From Octopus vulgaris (taxonomy: Eukaryota), in contig OX597824.1 in the NCBI GenBank assembly GCA_951406725.2, positions 75,764,001-75,828,000 on the forward strand: DNA of 64,000 nt. Reading direction: 5' to 3'. A program made the position numbers and the translations under genes. This document shows positions 36,763-50,029 of this stretch, piece by piece. A model generated the notes under the pieces. It had not been told where the DNA came from, did no database searches, and saw only the letters and a list, made by a program, of their open reading frames with translations. The stretch's first letter is position 1. Every line of letters starts with the position of its first letter.

Positions 36763-37230
36763 GGAGAATTCACAAAAAAAATACAAAAGACAAAGACAGG
36801 TGGTGTAGACAACAAACAACAAACAGATGTATTAGTATAACGCTCGGGAAGTGAAAAAAGTCTTTAATGTTTCGAGCCTACGCTCTTCCACAGAAAGGAA
36901 CACAGAAAGAAACAAGGAGAGAAAATAAAGAATGTGTAGTGGCTATAGATCTAACATGGCGAAGGCTGGACAGAAGGGTCACACAAGAGAGCTAGAGAGA
37001 AGGGGAGATAAAAAAAAAGTGGTGGTGATCCCAAAACGAAGGTACGCGTGCGTGTTATAAGAGAGTTTGTATGTGCGTGTGGAAGAGGGCTGGTGATCTT
37101 GACGTATGCGTGTGTGTATGTGTAGGTGTGAAAATGTGGGTCTCGGAAGTGGTCAGTGCTGATGTATGCGCGGTAGTGTGTTGTGATGTGATGTGTTGTG
37201 TTATATGGTGGTGTAAGGTGTAGTGTGTAT
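36760..37230 (-). mobile_element. Penelope-type pseudo-LTR with hammerhead-like motif at 36862-36897
   Basis: Minus strand cttt-CTGTGGA-a-gagc gtag gctc-GAAA-ca-TT-aaag; homologous to 11560-11865. Confidence 0.55.
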
Positions 37231-37465
37231 GTGTGTATACGCATGTATGTATGTATGTATGTATGTATGTATGTATGTATGTATGTATGTATGTATGTAT
37301 GTATGTTTGAGGATGCATTGACTGGCGGTTATGGTGTTCCACTCACGATCACGACATGGTGGTTACAATTCTTAGACCGAGTCGTGCGTTCTGTTCTTGA
37401 CCAAAACAGTTCACTTCACGGTTGCCCTGCGATCCCTTCAGCACCTAACGCGTGTGCGATATACC

Positions 37466-37688
37466 TTCGAGCTGGCAGAAACGTTAGCACACCAGGCGAA
37501 GTGCTTTGCGGTATTTCGTCTGCCGCTACGTTCTGAGTTCAAATTCCGCCGAGGTCGACTTTGCCATTCATCCTTTCGGGGTCGATAAATTAAGTACCAG
37601 TTAAGCACTTGGGTCGATGTAATCGACTTAATCCGTTTGTCTGTCCTCTCTGTGTTTAGCCCCTTGTGGGCAATAAAGAAATAGGTAT
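37466..37688 (+). mobile_element. SINE family C monomer
   Basis: Family consensus; short tatacct flanking repeat. Confidence 0.85.
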
Positions 37689-37904
37689 ACCTCGCACATT
37701 GTTCAGACAACGTCGAGTTGATGAATGGAGTGAGCTAATGTACAGCATAACCATTTGACGACTAAAAACCAAGTAATTTGTGGAAGTTGTCCAGTGAGAA
37801 ATTGCAGAATCGTACGGCCTGTTTCGGACTACGAGAAAACACGACCACTTCCAAAACCACGACCACCTACAAAACCACGACGTACCTTTAAATAATTTAG
37901 AAAC

Positions 37905-38196
37905 AAATAATAGTATGGGAAACTACCATCTGTGTCATCTCTTGTGAAAGGTAGGAGAGTCCAGTTTGCTGGACATTGTTGTAGAGCTGAAAAAGAAGTA
38001 ATTTCTACTCTTCTCCTCTGGAAGCCATCTACTCGCAATACCAGAGGGCGCACACTCTCCTACCCTGATGTAATCTCCAGGGATACAGGCATCCAGCAAC
38101 AGGACCTCCGTAATGCCATGATGGACCGTGAAGTCTGGCGTAGCATGGTAAATTCCATTGTCTCGACCACGGTCGAACAATGATGATGATGATGAT
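37905..38196 (+). mobile_element. RTE-clade LINE, 5'-truncated 3' end
   Basis: LPSVSSLVKGRRVQFAGHCCRA...LLLWKP...GRTLSYPDVISRDTG...AMMDREVWRSMV* followed by a (TGA)n tail. Confidence 0.85.
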
Positions 38197-39589
38197 TTGG
38201 TGGCAGAAATTATCTGAGGTGTCATATCTTTCATAACATACCCTCTATTGTATGGAATTATACGTAGTATTGCCCTCTTATAACCCCTACCTGTTTAATT
38301 TGCATTCCTACTATACTTAGATTACACTATTTCTCCTTCAGTTCAAAGACTTTCTTCCCTATCAGTCATAATATGTCTATTTACATTGGATTACCAGATT
38401 TTATGCCTCCCTTAAGTATATTATATACTCCCTAGGAAGTGTTATGATTTTACTCTCATCTGTGCCTGTAATAATATATCTTACAATTATTTTATAAAAC
38501 TATTTCCAATGATATCTTTATCTTATTTTATATATTTCTTTAATTAGCTTTCGTTATGAATACCTTGACTTATCCTTATTTTTTATCTTCTATCTCTTTT
38601 TATATCCGGAATACATTTTATGGCATTCGCAACGTAAAAATTTTACCTTTATTTCTGGTTTTTTTTTCATTTTATAAATCCTTTACTGAAATTTGATACA
38701 AATATTTTTTCCTTTTATTCATTTTTAATTTATTTCATTTATTCTTGTATCTTATATTATATTATTGTATTTTGCATATCCTCATGTATACTTGTGTAAT
38801 TTCTATAGATTGTGAAGGAGTTTGTAACTTCTCTCTATAGTAAACATGGTATAATATAATACAATATGGCATTTATATTTATTTATTTTTATTTTTTATA
38901 ATTGCACTATATATTTCATTTATATGTGTATATATACATATATATATATATATGATATTTTTATGTATACATATGTGGTATTTTTATACCTTCTTATATC
39001 CTTTAAGATTTTTTCCATAATGTTGATAATTTTTATAGAAATATATTATTTTTTCCAATGTTTTTAAATAAGTTTACCCGATATAGAAATATTCATCATA
39101 TTTCTTTTAGCCCTTAATCTTTGGTTTTGATTCAATAGAAAATGCGTATCCCCACTCGGATGATATCTGAATTTAATTATAGGTTCATTGTTGAATAGTT
39201 TTAACATAACCACCTTAACATTATACTAGGAAGAAGCATTATGAGGTTTCTATATTATATAAAAGCCCCCTTACTTTTATGGCTTAGGGTTCATTTATCT
39301 ATCCTTCTTCTCTTACTTGGTTCTTAAATCCTTTTGTGAATTTTAACTTTTTAATACATAAATTTTGCTAAGTTTGGGTGCACATTTGTCCGACCGTCCC
39401 ATAAGCCTCCCCCTTTGAGAAACACTGATTTAACCTAAATTTGAGACACCAGCAAAAGATGAAATGAAGATAGACTTTTTTTCTATTCCAAAGAAAAACG
39501 ATTTTATCCACACAAATATGCAACTGAAGAGTTTAAAGTACCAGTAATGATAAGGCTGTTGACTGAGAGAACACAAACATGATTTAAAC

Positions 39590-40010
39590 AGTAAGTTTTG
39601 CAGGAAAGAAACGTGCCTTTAAGCAGTACAAAAACAACAAAAAATGGAAGGTGCAGTTATGTACAGGTTGGCTTCTTACTTTTTTGGTCTCTTAAATATA
39701 CTGCATTTTGTGGCATTATTTCAAGCCAGCCGTTTTTTTTTTTTGCGCAAACTGCACGTGCATTTTTCTCCCGTACGCGTAGTATCGATCGCAACAGCTG
39801 ATGTACTTGCGCGTACAAATGCACGTTCCTACGGCTTTTTCGATCGCATTCTCACCTGGAATCGATTTTGTAATTTTTTCAAGACTTATACACACCCTGA
39901 TATCGTCGGTATCTACATATCAAATTGAGCGCAATCGGATGGAGGATGCCCGAGATCCTAGAAGACACACACACACAGAGACAGCCAGAACGGATTTTAT
40001 ATAATATAAT
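39590..40010 (-). mobile_element. Probable Helitron-related non-autonomous fragment
   Basis: caaattgagcgcaatcggat...acacacagagacag...ttttatata layout like the Helitron 5' ends here; no CTAG end seen. Confidence 0.4.
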
Positions 40011-40028
40011 ATAATATAATGTAATATA

Positions 40029-40082
<54 letters not shown>

Positions 40083-40667
40083 ATCAGAGTAAGAAAGATC
40101 ATAGAAATGTTTAATACCAGTGGCCTAGCGTACAAAAAAACTAATCAATAGACTATACATTATTCATATAAAATACAGTGAACATTAAAACACATTAAGA
40201 GGTTTCCATCATAGGAATCCATTACGCTAGAAAGAACAGTTAAAGTCCAAACTACTAATTAGGGATAAATTCTCGAAGGGGATGAAAAATAAAAACATTT
40301 ATCATCTAATTTAATTCCCGGACCATGTTTTCTGACTTATTTTAGTAAATAAAAATTATTATTTACCGAGGCGAAGTTTTCATCAATGGGGACGCCTTAG
40401 ATTAAATATACAAACAATGAGGTCAATCCAGCATGTAACTCATTGCTTGTACATTTCAATTTTTTTCAAATCCACTGCGCAATCGCAGTCTTTTTGTTAG
40501 CAGCAAGAGGATGCCGGTAAAATCTTCGAGCGAATCTACCAGAAATCATTATACAAACACTACAACCACGAATAGAAATCAAAGGGAAAAGTGTAAATAA
40601 TTATCAGAAATGTGCTAAAACGGAAAATTTAGAAGCGGGTGCTCAACATGAGTTTTATTTTTTTGAT

Positions 40668-41277
40668 AGGCGTAGGAGTGGCTGTGTGGTAAGTAGCTTG
40701 CTTACCAGCCACAAGGTTCCGGGTTCAGTCCCATTGCGTGGCACCTTGGGCAAGTTGTCTTCTGCAATAGCCTCGGGCTGACCAAAGCCTTGTGAGTGAA
40801 TTTGGTAGACGGAAACTGAAAGAATCCCGTCGTATATATGTACATGTATATATATATGCTTGTGTGTCTGTGTTTGGCACCCCAACATCGCTTGACAAGG
40901 CCAGCAATTTCGGGGGAGAGGGAGGTAAGTTGATTACATCGACTCCAATGCTCAACTGATTTTTACTTTATTCGCTCCTAAAGGATGAAAGGTAAAGTCG
41001 GCCCCGGCGGAATTTGAACTCAGAACGTAAAAACGGACGAAATACCTATTTCTTTACTACCCACTAGGGGCTAAACACAGAGGGGACAAACAGGACAGAC
41101 AAACGGATTAAGTCGATTATATCGACCCCAGTGCGTAACTGGTACTTAATTTATTGACCCCGAAAGGATGAAAGGCAAAGTCGACCTCGGCGGAATTTGA
41201 ACTCAGAACGTAGCGGCAGACGAAATACCGCTAAGCATTTCGTCCTGCGTGCTGACGTTTCAGGCCAGCTCACCGCA
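40668..41277. mobile_element. Family A 5' half (+) fused to an oppositely oriented family C dimer (-)
   Basis: Junction at cttgacaaggccagc (~40895). Confidence 0.75.
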
Positions 41278-41836
41278 TTAATGTGTTAAATATATTGTAA
41301 ATGCGCAGCATTTGTATAAAATTAACCTATTGTCCCTCGAAAACATTTAGAAGATGCATGTTATGTTACATGTTTAAAAGATCGTGTGCCCAGGCGTAAA
41401 TATACACATATTTTGGTAGCTTTGAATATATACACATGCACAATATTTGTGAAGTTAAGTAGAGCATTTACCGTAGGAAACAACATAATATCGAATAACG
41501 AGAGTATATGAAAAGTGACCACGCCTTTTCTATCAGTGATAAATACAATTTTATTATTCTCCTATTAATTTAGGATTTTTTTATTAATATCCTCATACTC
41601 ACTTTAAGCAACTTTCGTCATATATGTTTTCTAACAATACCTCTAGCTGGAAAAAATCGAATATTCATTTATGCAAATGGAAATGCAAATAACATAAAGT
41701 TTAATAAAACAGTTGCCGCCATTGTTGACGGCCCGGGTACTCTAGTAAACATAAAATCAATAATCGTTTGTCTGACAAAATATATTTTAATGAAATCACG
41801 ATTATGGATTAAATGTCCATGCGTGGTAAGAAGCTT

Positions 41837-42590
41837 GCGAGCTGGCAGAAACGTTAGCACGCCGGGCGAAGTGCTTAGCGGTATTTCGTCTGCCGTTACG
41901 TTCTGAGTTCAAATTTCGCCGAGGGCGACTTTGCCTTTCATCTTTTTCGGAGTCGATTAAATAAGTACCAGTTACGCACTGGGGTCGATATAATCGACTT
42001 AATCCGTTTGTCTGTCCTTGTTTGTCCTCTCTGTGTTTAGCCCCTTGTGGGTAGTAAAGAAATAGGTATTTCGTCTGCCGTTACGTTCTGAGTTCAAATT
42101 TCGCCGAGGGCGACTTTGCCTTTCATCCTTTCGGGGTCGATAAATTAAGTACCATTTACGCACTGGGGTCGATGTAATCAGCTTAATCCCTTTGTCTGTC
42201 CTTGTTTGTCCCGTCTATGTTTAGCCCCTTGTGGGTAGTAAAGAAATAGGTATTTCGTCTGCCGTTACGTTCTGAGTTCAAATTCCGCCGAGGTCGACTT
42301 GGCCTTTCATCCTTTCGGAGTCGATAAATTAAGTACCAGTTACGCGCTAGGGTCGATATAATCGACTTAATCCGTTTGTCTGTCCTTGTTTTTTCGCCTC
42401 TGTGTCTAGGTATTTCGTCTGCCGCTACGTTCTGAGTTCAAATTCCGCCGGGGTCGTCTTTGCTTTCATCCTTTCGGGGTCGATTAAATAAGTACCAGTT
42501 ACGCACTGGGGTCGATGTAATCGGCTTAATCCGTTTGTCTGTCCTTATTTGTCCCCTCTATGTTTAGCCCCATGTGGACAATAAAGAAAT
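41837..42590 (+). mobile_element. SINE family C head-to-tail tetramer nested in the head of a family A SINE (41815-42995)
   Basis: Four units; TSD taagaagcttgc / taagaatcttgc; the host SINE resumes at ttcccgcccacatggttccggg. Confidence 0.9.
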
Positions 42591-43172
42591 AAGAATCTTG
42601 CTTCCCGCCCACATGGTTCCGGGTTCAATCCCACTGTGTGACACCTTGGGCATATCGTCTTCTACTCTCGCTTCAAGTCGGCCACAGCTTTGTGAATGGA
42701 TTTGGTTGAGAGAAACTGAAAGACGTCCGTCGTATATGTGAATGTGTGTGTGCGTGCATGCATGTATGTGTGTAAGCTTTTGGTCTGTGTTTGTCCCCCA
42801 CCACCGCTTGACGCCTGATGTTGGTTTGTTTCTGTCCCCGTAACTTAGCGGTTCGGCATAAGAGGGCAACAGGAAAAGAACCTTACAAAAAAGGAAGTAC
42901 TGGGGTCGATTAGTCAAACTAAAGTTTTTCAAGGCGGTGCTCCAGCATGGCCGCAGTCTAATGATTCAAACGAGCAAAAGATAAAAGATGAAAGATTATA
43001 TATATATATATAAGTGTACAATATATTGGAAGAATCCGAAGGAATAATTATGTAATATTAGTAAAAGAATATATGGTTATCGAAACACATGTTGCATATA
43101 TATATATATACGTCACATTTTCTGGGGCTTCCTTTATCTTTTAAAATGACTATTTGATGAGTACTGTTATTT

Positions 43173-43266
43173 ATATCCTCCCTGAAGAGGTTGATGCATA
43201 TCTGACCATTATTCATCCTGTCGAGCGTATTTTAGATGCATCCATCGAAACAGGTGTAGGAGATAT
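43173..43266 (+). ncRNA. Type I hammerhead motif with long stem II
   Basis: atatcctcc-CTGAAGA-ggttgatgcat...atgcatccatc-GAAA-caggtg-TA-ggagatat; predicted cleavage after GUA (43258). Confidence 0.75.
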
Positions 43267-44061
43267 GAAGATACAAATGATTTAATAACATCTTGAGCGT
43301 TTGTCTCCATTTTCTAATCTTCACCTAACTCTAGACCAATCAAAACTTCAGTAAATACAGCAAAATGACCCTTAAGAGAATCAACCAGCCAGAATGACTG
43401 ATGACCGTTCTCCACAGGGAAGCCAACCAGGCAGAAAAACAAATTTGACCACCGGAAAAACAAGTCGTCACCAGTACTTTAACGAATCAAAAGACAGATC
43501 CGCTCGCGGAAAAAATTATAAATACACCGAATTCCAAAACACACTGTTACAAGCGGAAGTTCCTACACATGACGGAAAGAGGATCAGAGAAATTGTAAAC
43601 CAAATCCCTTTATTTTACAATCTTCATTTCTCCCTTGTTTTTCCCTCTTACCTCAGCTTGACTGAAACTTTGATGATATTCATTTCTTGTTGATCACTAC
43701 TAACACTAATGAGCTTTGTACATTCAAACAAAATGATGCACAGTTTTAATATCATTGACTGTTATGATCATTTAAATTTGTCAACATCGAAATTTTTGAA
43801 CATGCTTTTCTAATTCATAATTCTAAATTTATCTGTTGTGAAAATTTTAATTTGTTAACATTGAAACTTTTAAAGATGTTTTTCTAATTCATAATTCTAA
43901 ATTTTTACCATTGATAAAACAAAAATATTGTTGAAACTAGTTTGGTATATATGTAAATAAATTTATTTTAAACAATTACAAGTTTTTCAAATTTAGGTGC
44001 ATTTTCAACAACAAATGTGCCTATACTTTTTCCTACGTGGAAATACATTCCCTCTTTTGTA

Positions 44062-44113
<52 letters not shown>

Positions 44114-44542
44114 TTGTGTGTGTGCATGTATGTATGGATGGAAGGATGTATATATATTGTGATTTCTCCATCTTCACTTGTGGTCTCCCTATGTTTCCTC
44201 GCTGTTAATGGCTTTTCCGATTTTCCGTTCGTGACCTCTCAAGTGACTGTTCAGTCTCTTTGCAGATCAGCGTGGTTTGAATCAGAGGTAATAGACGAAC
44301 ATTGTAATTTACTGTACGCTTCCAACTGGTTAGGTCTGTACACATCACCACTCTTCTATCGTCATGAGACTTTCAGTAGACGGGATGACAAATGAGGTCA
44401 CCATAAATAGGCAAGTGTACGTTATTGGATTGTAGTGATAAACACTTGTGCAGCACAAGTGCCACTCTCTGTTCAGAGTCTCCGTGATTTGTAGTTCGTG
44501 ACAGTCCGAAGCGAGATGGCCAGTAATCACATGAACGATGTT

Positions 44543-45261
44543 GGAATCTTTACCTTTTGACCGACAGATTTAGAAAATAATTTTTTTTAACTAAACACTT
44601 TCAAACTTCGGACACTGGTAGAATTGTGTCATATAAAACATCTTTTACTCTTAGCAGTTTTGATAAAAACTTATATTTACGAAGTTATTTCACGTTAAAG
44701 TTGTCCTATTTCGGTAATTTCAACCAAACAATGACGTGTATTCAGCTGAATAAAATTACTGAGGTTGTTCGTCAACAGCAACTATCGGCGGTGTATTTTT
44801 CGTTTGTCAGTTATTTATGACTTCGTTCATGCGTTTGTACTGGTTTTAGCTTTAAGGCTTTAGGGTTAGGGTTAGGATTTTAGGGTTGGGGTTTTAGGGT
44901 TAGGGCTTTAGGATTAGGGTTAGGGTGTTAGTGTTAGGATTTTGGGGTTAAGGTTAGGGTTTTAGGGTTAGGGTTAGGGTTGTCATAAATAACAGTGACA
45001 AGCGAAATATACACCGCCGGAAGTTCTTGTTGACAAACAACAGCAGTAATTTTATGCAGCTGAATACACATCATTGATTGGTTAAAATTACCGAAATAGG
45101 ACAAATTTAACGTGAAATAACTTTGTAAATATAAGTTTTTCTTAAAAATGCTATGAGTAAAAAATGTTTTATATGACACATTCTACCAGTGTCCGAAGTA
45201 CGAAAGTGTTTAGTTACAAAAAATTATTTTTTAAATCTGTCAGTCAAAAGGTAAAGATCCC
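44543..45261. mobile_element. Fold-back MITE with ~280-bp TIRs and a central degenerate (TTAGGG)n tract
   Basis: Arms 44543-44821 and 44982-45261 (ggaatctttaccttttgac / gtcaaaaggtaaagatccc); telomere-like repeats 44840-44981. Confidence 0.85.
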
Positions 45262-45503
45262 AATCTTGTAACAACAGCCGGGGGTTCCTTACTTTCGGTG
45301 GTTTTACTGTAAATCTTGACACCAACCAAGAGTATTTCTGCATCCCAGAGCTCAAATGGATTGTCCTCACACACGCTAGTTAACTAATAGCAAGGACCCT
45401 TACAGGTGCTACTATTTCAGGTCAGAGTAGACTTGCGAACAATTGTGGTTAAGAAGTGCTTCCACACTCCTCGAAACCCTAGAACTCTCGAACCTGAATC
45501 TCC

Positions 45504-45546
<43 letters not shown>

Positions 45547-45642
45547 ATGAGTGTGTGTATGTGTATGTGTATGTGTGTGTGTGTGTGTGCATCTATATAA
45601 GTCTGTGTGTATGTGTATGTGAGTGTGTGTATGTATGTGTAT

Positions 45643-45716
<74 letters not shown>

Positions 45717-46082
45717 ATCTGTGGACGCCTGTGTGTTTTCAGGTGAGCTTCAAGGGATGGTGTTGTTAGCCTTTCTCCTATCATCAGTTTGTCCGCTGGG
45801 GTGCACACCTACAAAGACATGATGAATAGGAACATTTGAAAGAAAAATATTTAGTTAGCTCATGATATAGAAAGAAATCTTTTTCTTCTTGCATAATGGA
45901 CTGAATATGAGGAAACTGATTATCACTTTATGTCCCACAGATTTTGTCTGAAAAGAAAGGATTTGATCAGCAATAAAACTGCTACTCAGAAGCATCTTCT
46001 CCGAAACCAATATAGAGGGCACTTTACTGCGTGGCAATTACTGTAACTGCTAACCCTTCAGATTCTGAATAGGTTAAATATA

Positions 46083-46536
46083 TATTTCTTTACTGCCCAC
46101 AAGGGGCTAAACACAGAGGGGACAAACAAGGACAGACAAACGGATTAACCCTTTAGTGTTCAGATTATTCTATCAAACATAATGCTTATTGATTCACATT
46201 GATTTGAATTAATCATGCATTATCTCATATCTTCAAGATCTTGATGGTGTAATTACTTAATGTAGAATAACATTGTAGGGTAGGTGTGAGAGCCTGGATC
46301 TGGTCAGTTTGAACATAAAACAGATTAACTATTTTGGCCAGATATGGCCGGTTTAAATACTAAAGGGTTAAGTCGATTACATCGACCCCAGTGCGTAACT
46401 GGTACTTAATTTATCGACCCCGAAAGGATGAAACATAAAGTCGACCTCGGCGGAATTTGAACTCAGAACGTAACGGCAGACGAAATACGGCTACGCATTT
46501 CGCCCGGCGTGCTAGCGTTTCTACCAACTCGCCGCC
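46083..46536 (-). mobile_element. SINE family C interrupted by a MITE
   Basis: SINE sequence ...cggattaa resumes as ttaagtcgattac after the insert. Confidence 0.9.
46149..46367. mobile_element. piggyBac-type MITE, 219 bp
   Basis: TTAA TSD at 46145-46148 and 46368-46371; TIRs ccctttagt / actaaaggg. Confidence 0.9.
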
Positions 46537-46823
46537 ATTTCTGAATATGTTAAATATAACCCCCAACTCATACTTAGCTTCTTTGATCTCTGTCCTTTCC
46601 ATTGTCAGTTCGTTTTTATGATGTCAAAGAGGTGTGATTTGAGGGAAAGGTGACTGCTGTTTCTAACAAACCCAATGACCACATAGAACTGAGTTAGAAG
46701 AACTAGTAAATTATTACCACAAATTGGATAAAATTAAAAATTTGAAAGTGGTGTTAAACGAGGAGGTTTTTGCTGTTGGTGAACACTTTCTGCCGATATT
46801 TTTATAGTGCTTTAGTTCACAAA

Positions 46824-48055
46824 TGCGGCCTTGTTCATTTTCAGAATATTACCAGATTGCGGTTTATACTTTATTGTATACGCTTTCTTTTCTCAATTTT
46901 TCTCGTAAGTTTATGGTTATGAGAGCGAAGCTCTATTTAATATTAATATGCATTTTATGTCAAGGGATGTGTGAAAATTTTTGAGAATAATATATTTCTC
47001 TTCAAAACAACTGAATGTATAACATTTATACAGCATAAAATATGATAGAGGAATGAATAAAGTCTTTTTATTTCACATTTTAAGTCATCCATAATTTGTT
47101 AAAGCTACTGAGAACCAGTTGATAACATATTATATTTAAAAACTATATTCATACAAAGAAATGCAAACTGCAGAGCGAATTTCTGCATGGTTTTCCCCTG
47201 ATCCACTTCCCAAGGACTTCCCAACAAAACTTGGCATAATTATTAGTCCTTCTCTACATAGCCACCACCAATGGTGACACACTCCTCCAGTCGCTTTATG
47301 CAGCTATGAAGACCTCGTCTGTAGAAGTCAGTAGGTTGCGCCTGGAGACAAAACTTTACCTCGGAAATAAGTTCATCATCTTGCAAAAAATGCTCCCCCT
47401 TCAAAAAAGACTTCATGGCTGGAATGAGGTGGAAGTCAGATGGTGCGAGGTCGGGAGGATTTCATACTCGCAGGAGTGTGCTTCCGTCCGGGCAATATGT
47501 GCATTGTGAACTTGGTCGTAAGAACTAAAGGCGTTTTGGCGTGATCTGAATTTGTCATAAAGCCAAGTGAATTATAGCAGCAAAGAAACACTCTTGGGGT
47601 TACCCTTATTCCAGACATGTGTCATTTGGGAATGGTAGGAATCCAAGATCTGAGCCTATGGAGCAAGAAAGCAACGATGCCATGCAGAAATTCGCTCTGA
47701 AATTTGCATTTCTTTGTATGAATATAGTTTTTAAATATAGTATGCTATCAACTGGTTCTCGGTAACTTCAACAAATTATGGCTGATCTAATATGTAAAAT
47801 AAATAATAGAAAGAACTTTTATTCATTCCTCTACTGTATTTTATGCTGCAAAAATGTTGTACATTCAGTTGTTTTGAAGAGAAATATATTACTCTCAAAA
47901 ATGTTCACACTTCCCTTGACATAAAATGCATATTAATATTAAATAGAGCTTCGCTCTCATAACCATAAATTTACGAGAAAAATTGAGAAAAGAAAGCGTA
48001 TACAATAAAGTATAAACCGTAATCTGGTAATATTCTGAAAATGAACAAGGCCGCA
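46824..48055. repeat. ~370-bp inverted duplication (46824-47190 / 47680-48055) with ~490-bp spacer
   Basis: tgcggccttgttcattttcagaat...gaatttctgcatgg versus ccatgcagaaattc...attctgaaaatgaacaaggccgca. Confidence 0.9.
47205..47460 (-). pseudogene. Mariner transposase C-terminal fragment
   Basis: PPDLAPSDFHLIPAMKSFLKG...FYRRGLHSCIKRLEECVTIGGGYVEKD*. Confidence 0.8.
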
Positions 48056-48829
48056 AGTGGTTGGTTAGCAAGCTACTTACCACACAGCCACTCCTGCGCA
48101 TGATTAAGAAGTTCACCTCTCAACCGTGCAGTTATAGGTTCAGTCCCACTGCGTAGCACCATGGACAAGTATCTTCAACTATAATTTCGTGCTAATCAAG
48201 GCTTTGAAAATGGATTTCGCAGACAGACTTAATCCTTCAGTATTTAAACCGGTCATATCCGCTCCAAATATACATGTTCAAAGTGGTCAAATCCTTCTTG
48301 TAACAACAGCTTCGTCCCCCAGATGTAGGAGTAGTGATATAAAATGGGTTTTAGTTGGTCAAAAGAAGTAAAGGCGTTATGGCGTGATCTGAATTTGTCA
48401 TAAAGCTCAGTGAATTATAGCAGCATAGAAACACTCTTGGGGTTACCCTTAGTCCAGACACGTGTATTTGGGAATGGTAGGAATCGTTGGAGACCGAAGT
48501 ATTTTCTGACTCTGAGGATAAAAGTCAGTCTGTGTGATGCAGTTTTAAAGATATGTATTTACTAGGCGAGACATTCTTTGATTGATGGTGGGGACTAGCA
48601 TTTGTGGCACCGTTGAGGGCTCTAGTTTCGTAAGGAAAGAAACTATTATGCCCATTATCATACTTATTACATTATACAGAGATGACTTCCTTGAACATAA
48701 AACAGATTAACTATTTTGGCCAGATATGGCCGGTTTAAATACTAAAGGGTTAAGTCGATTACATCGACCCCAGTGCGTAACTGGTACTTAATTTATCGAC
48801 CCCGAAAGGATGCAGCAGACTATAAGCCT

Positions 48830-49012
48830 TCGGCAACTAAGCGGACTTGCAGAAATCTGCGAAGGATATTTAAGGGACTTAACATTTCTGTCAGTTTCGA
48901 ACCGAAAACCATGATTATATATTTTCTGGACTTAACCTGGGACATTTCTACCAGATTAGACTTGCAACACTATAAAGCTAATGAAGTATTTTACTGTATC
49001 CACAAAGAATCT
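48830..49012 (+). pseudogene. Penelope-like RT fragment
   Basis: LRRIFKGLNISVSFEPKTMIIYFLDLTWDISTR...YKANEVFYCIHKES (FLD motif followed by the YIHKxS region). Confidence 0.65.
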
Positions 49013-49734
49013 CGTAAATCTGTGATGACAAAGCTTATGTTGCTTAGTGAACATCATAAAATGGTTCTTTTGTGGCTCCTTGTATTATGTCAGAACTATT
49101 ATACATCATTCATTGACGTGCTGTTCGTTTATTCTAACCGCATTTAATCCTTTGCATCGGTTGTCAAGTATAGAAATTTCTGTAGGAGAGAACGTGATAA
49201 TATTTTCGTGATACATGTAATGATTAGGACTGGTATAAGGCAATTAAGGAGATGTTTTCAGGGTCCCCGTTGATGGAGTTAGTGTGGATTTGGCATTGAA
49301 TATCTAGGTTTCATGTGGATAATATTTAGGAGTGGAAGGTTGGAGGGAGACGAAGAGTGGTGTCATCTGCTTAAAAGTGGATGTTTTTGGAGATGATGGT
49401 AAGTAGGGCCAATACTCATAACGCACGATATTTCTAGGCTTTGGGTCGAATATAGTGTGTATTCCCTGGTGTCTATATAAACCAGAAGATAATCACGTGT
49501 TTAATATCAATTAGAAGATAAATTACAAAACAAAAAACAGGATTTACGTATTCACATTCATTGGCTTAAGGCTGTTTTCAAATTTTAAAAAATCGTGCAG
49601 CTAGGTATGAGTTACAGCGTAACATTTTATGGCTTCGTCAGAGACTTAACATCGAGTGTTTACTGAGGAAACACTTAAATATAAAATCCCACACATATAC
49701 ATATATACATTTGGATATACATTACACATACAGT

Positions 49735-49836
<102 letters not shown>

Positions 49837-49839
49837 GAC

Positions 49840-49873
<34 letters not shown>

Positions 49874-50029
49874 GGATACAAAAGTATCTAAATACATATG
49901 TTTATAATCGACATGTACATACAATTTCTATAAACACAGACATGTATGAACAGACATACGTATACAGATATATACACGAGTATATATAATCTCACTTACA
50001 CAACTCTGCTTGTTAATAACTGCATTGTT

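Noticed and set aside
41837-42590. Regularly spaced repeats as a CRISPR array
   Set aside because: Whole ~183-bp units repeat with no unique spacers, no cas genes are present, and the context is eukaryotic.
44840-44981. Telomere-like repeats as a chromosome end or fusion scar
   Set aside because: The tract is short, degenerate, in one orientation and enclosed by the TIRs of a mobile element.
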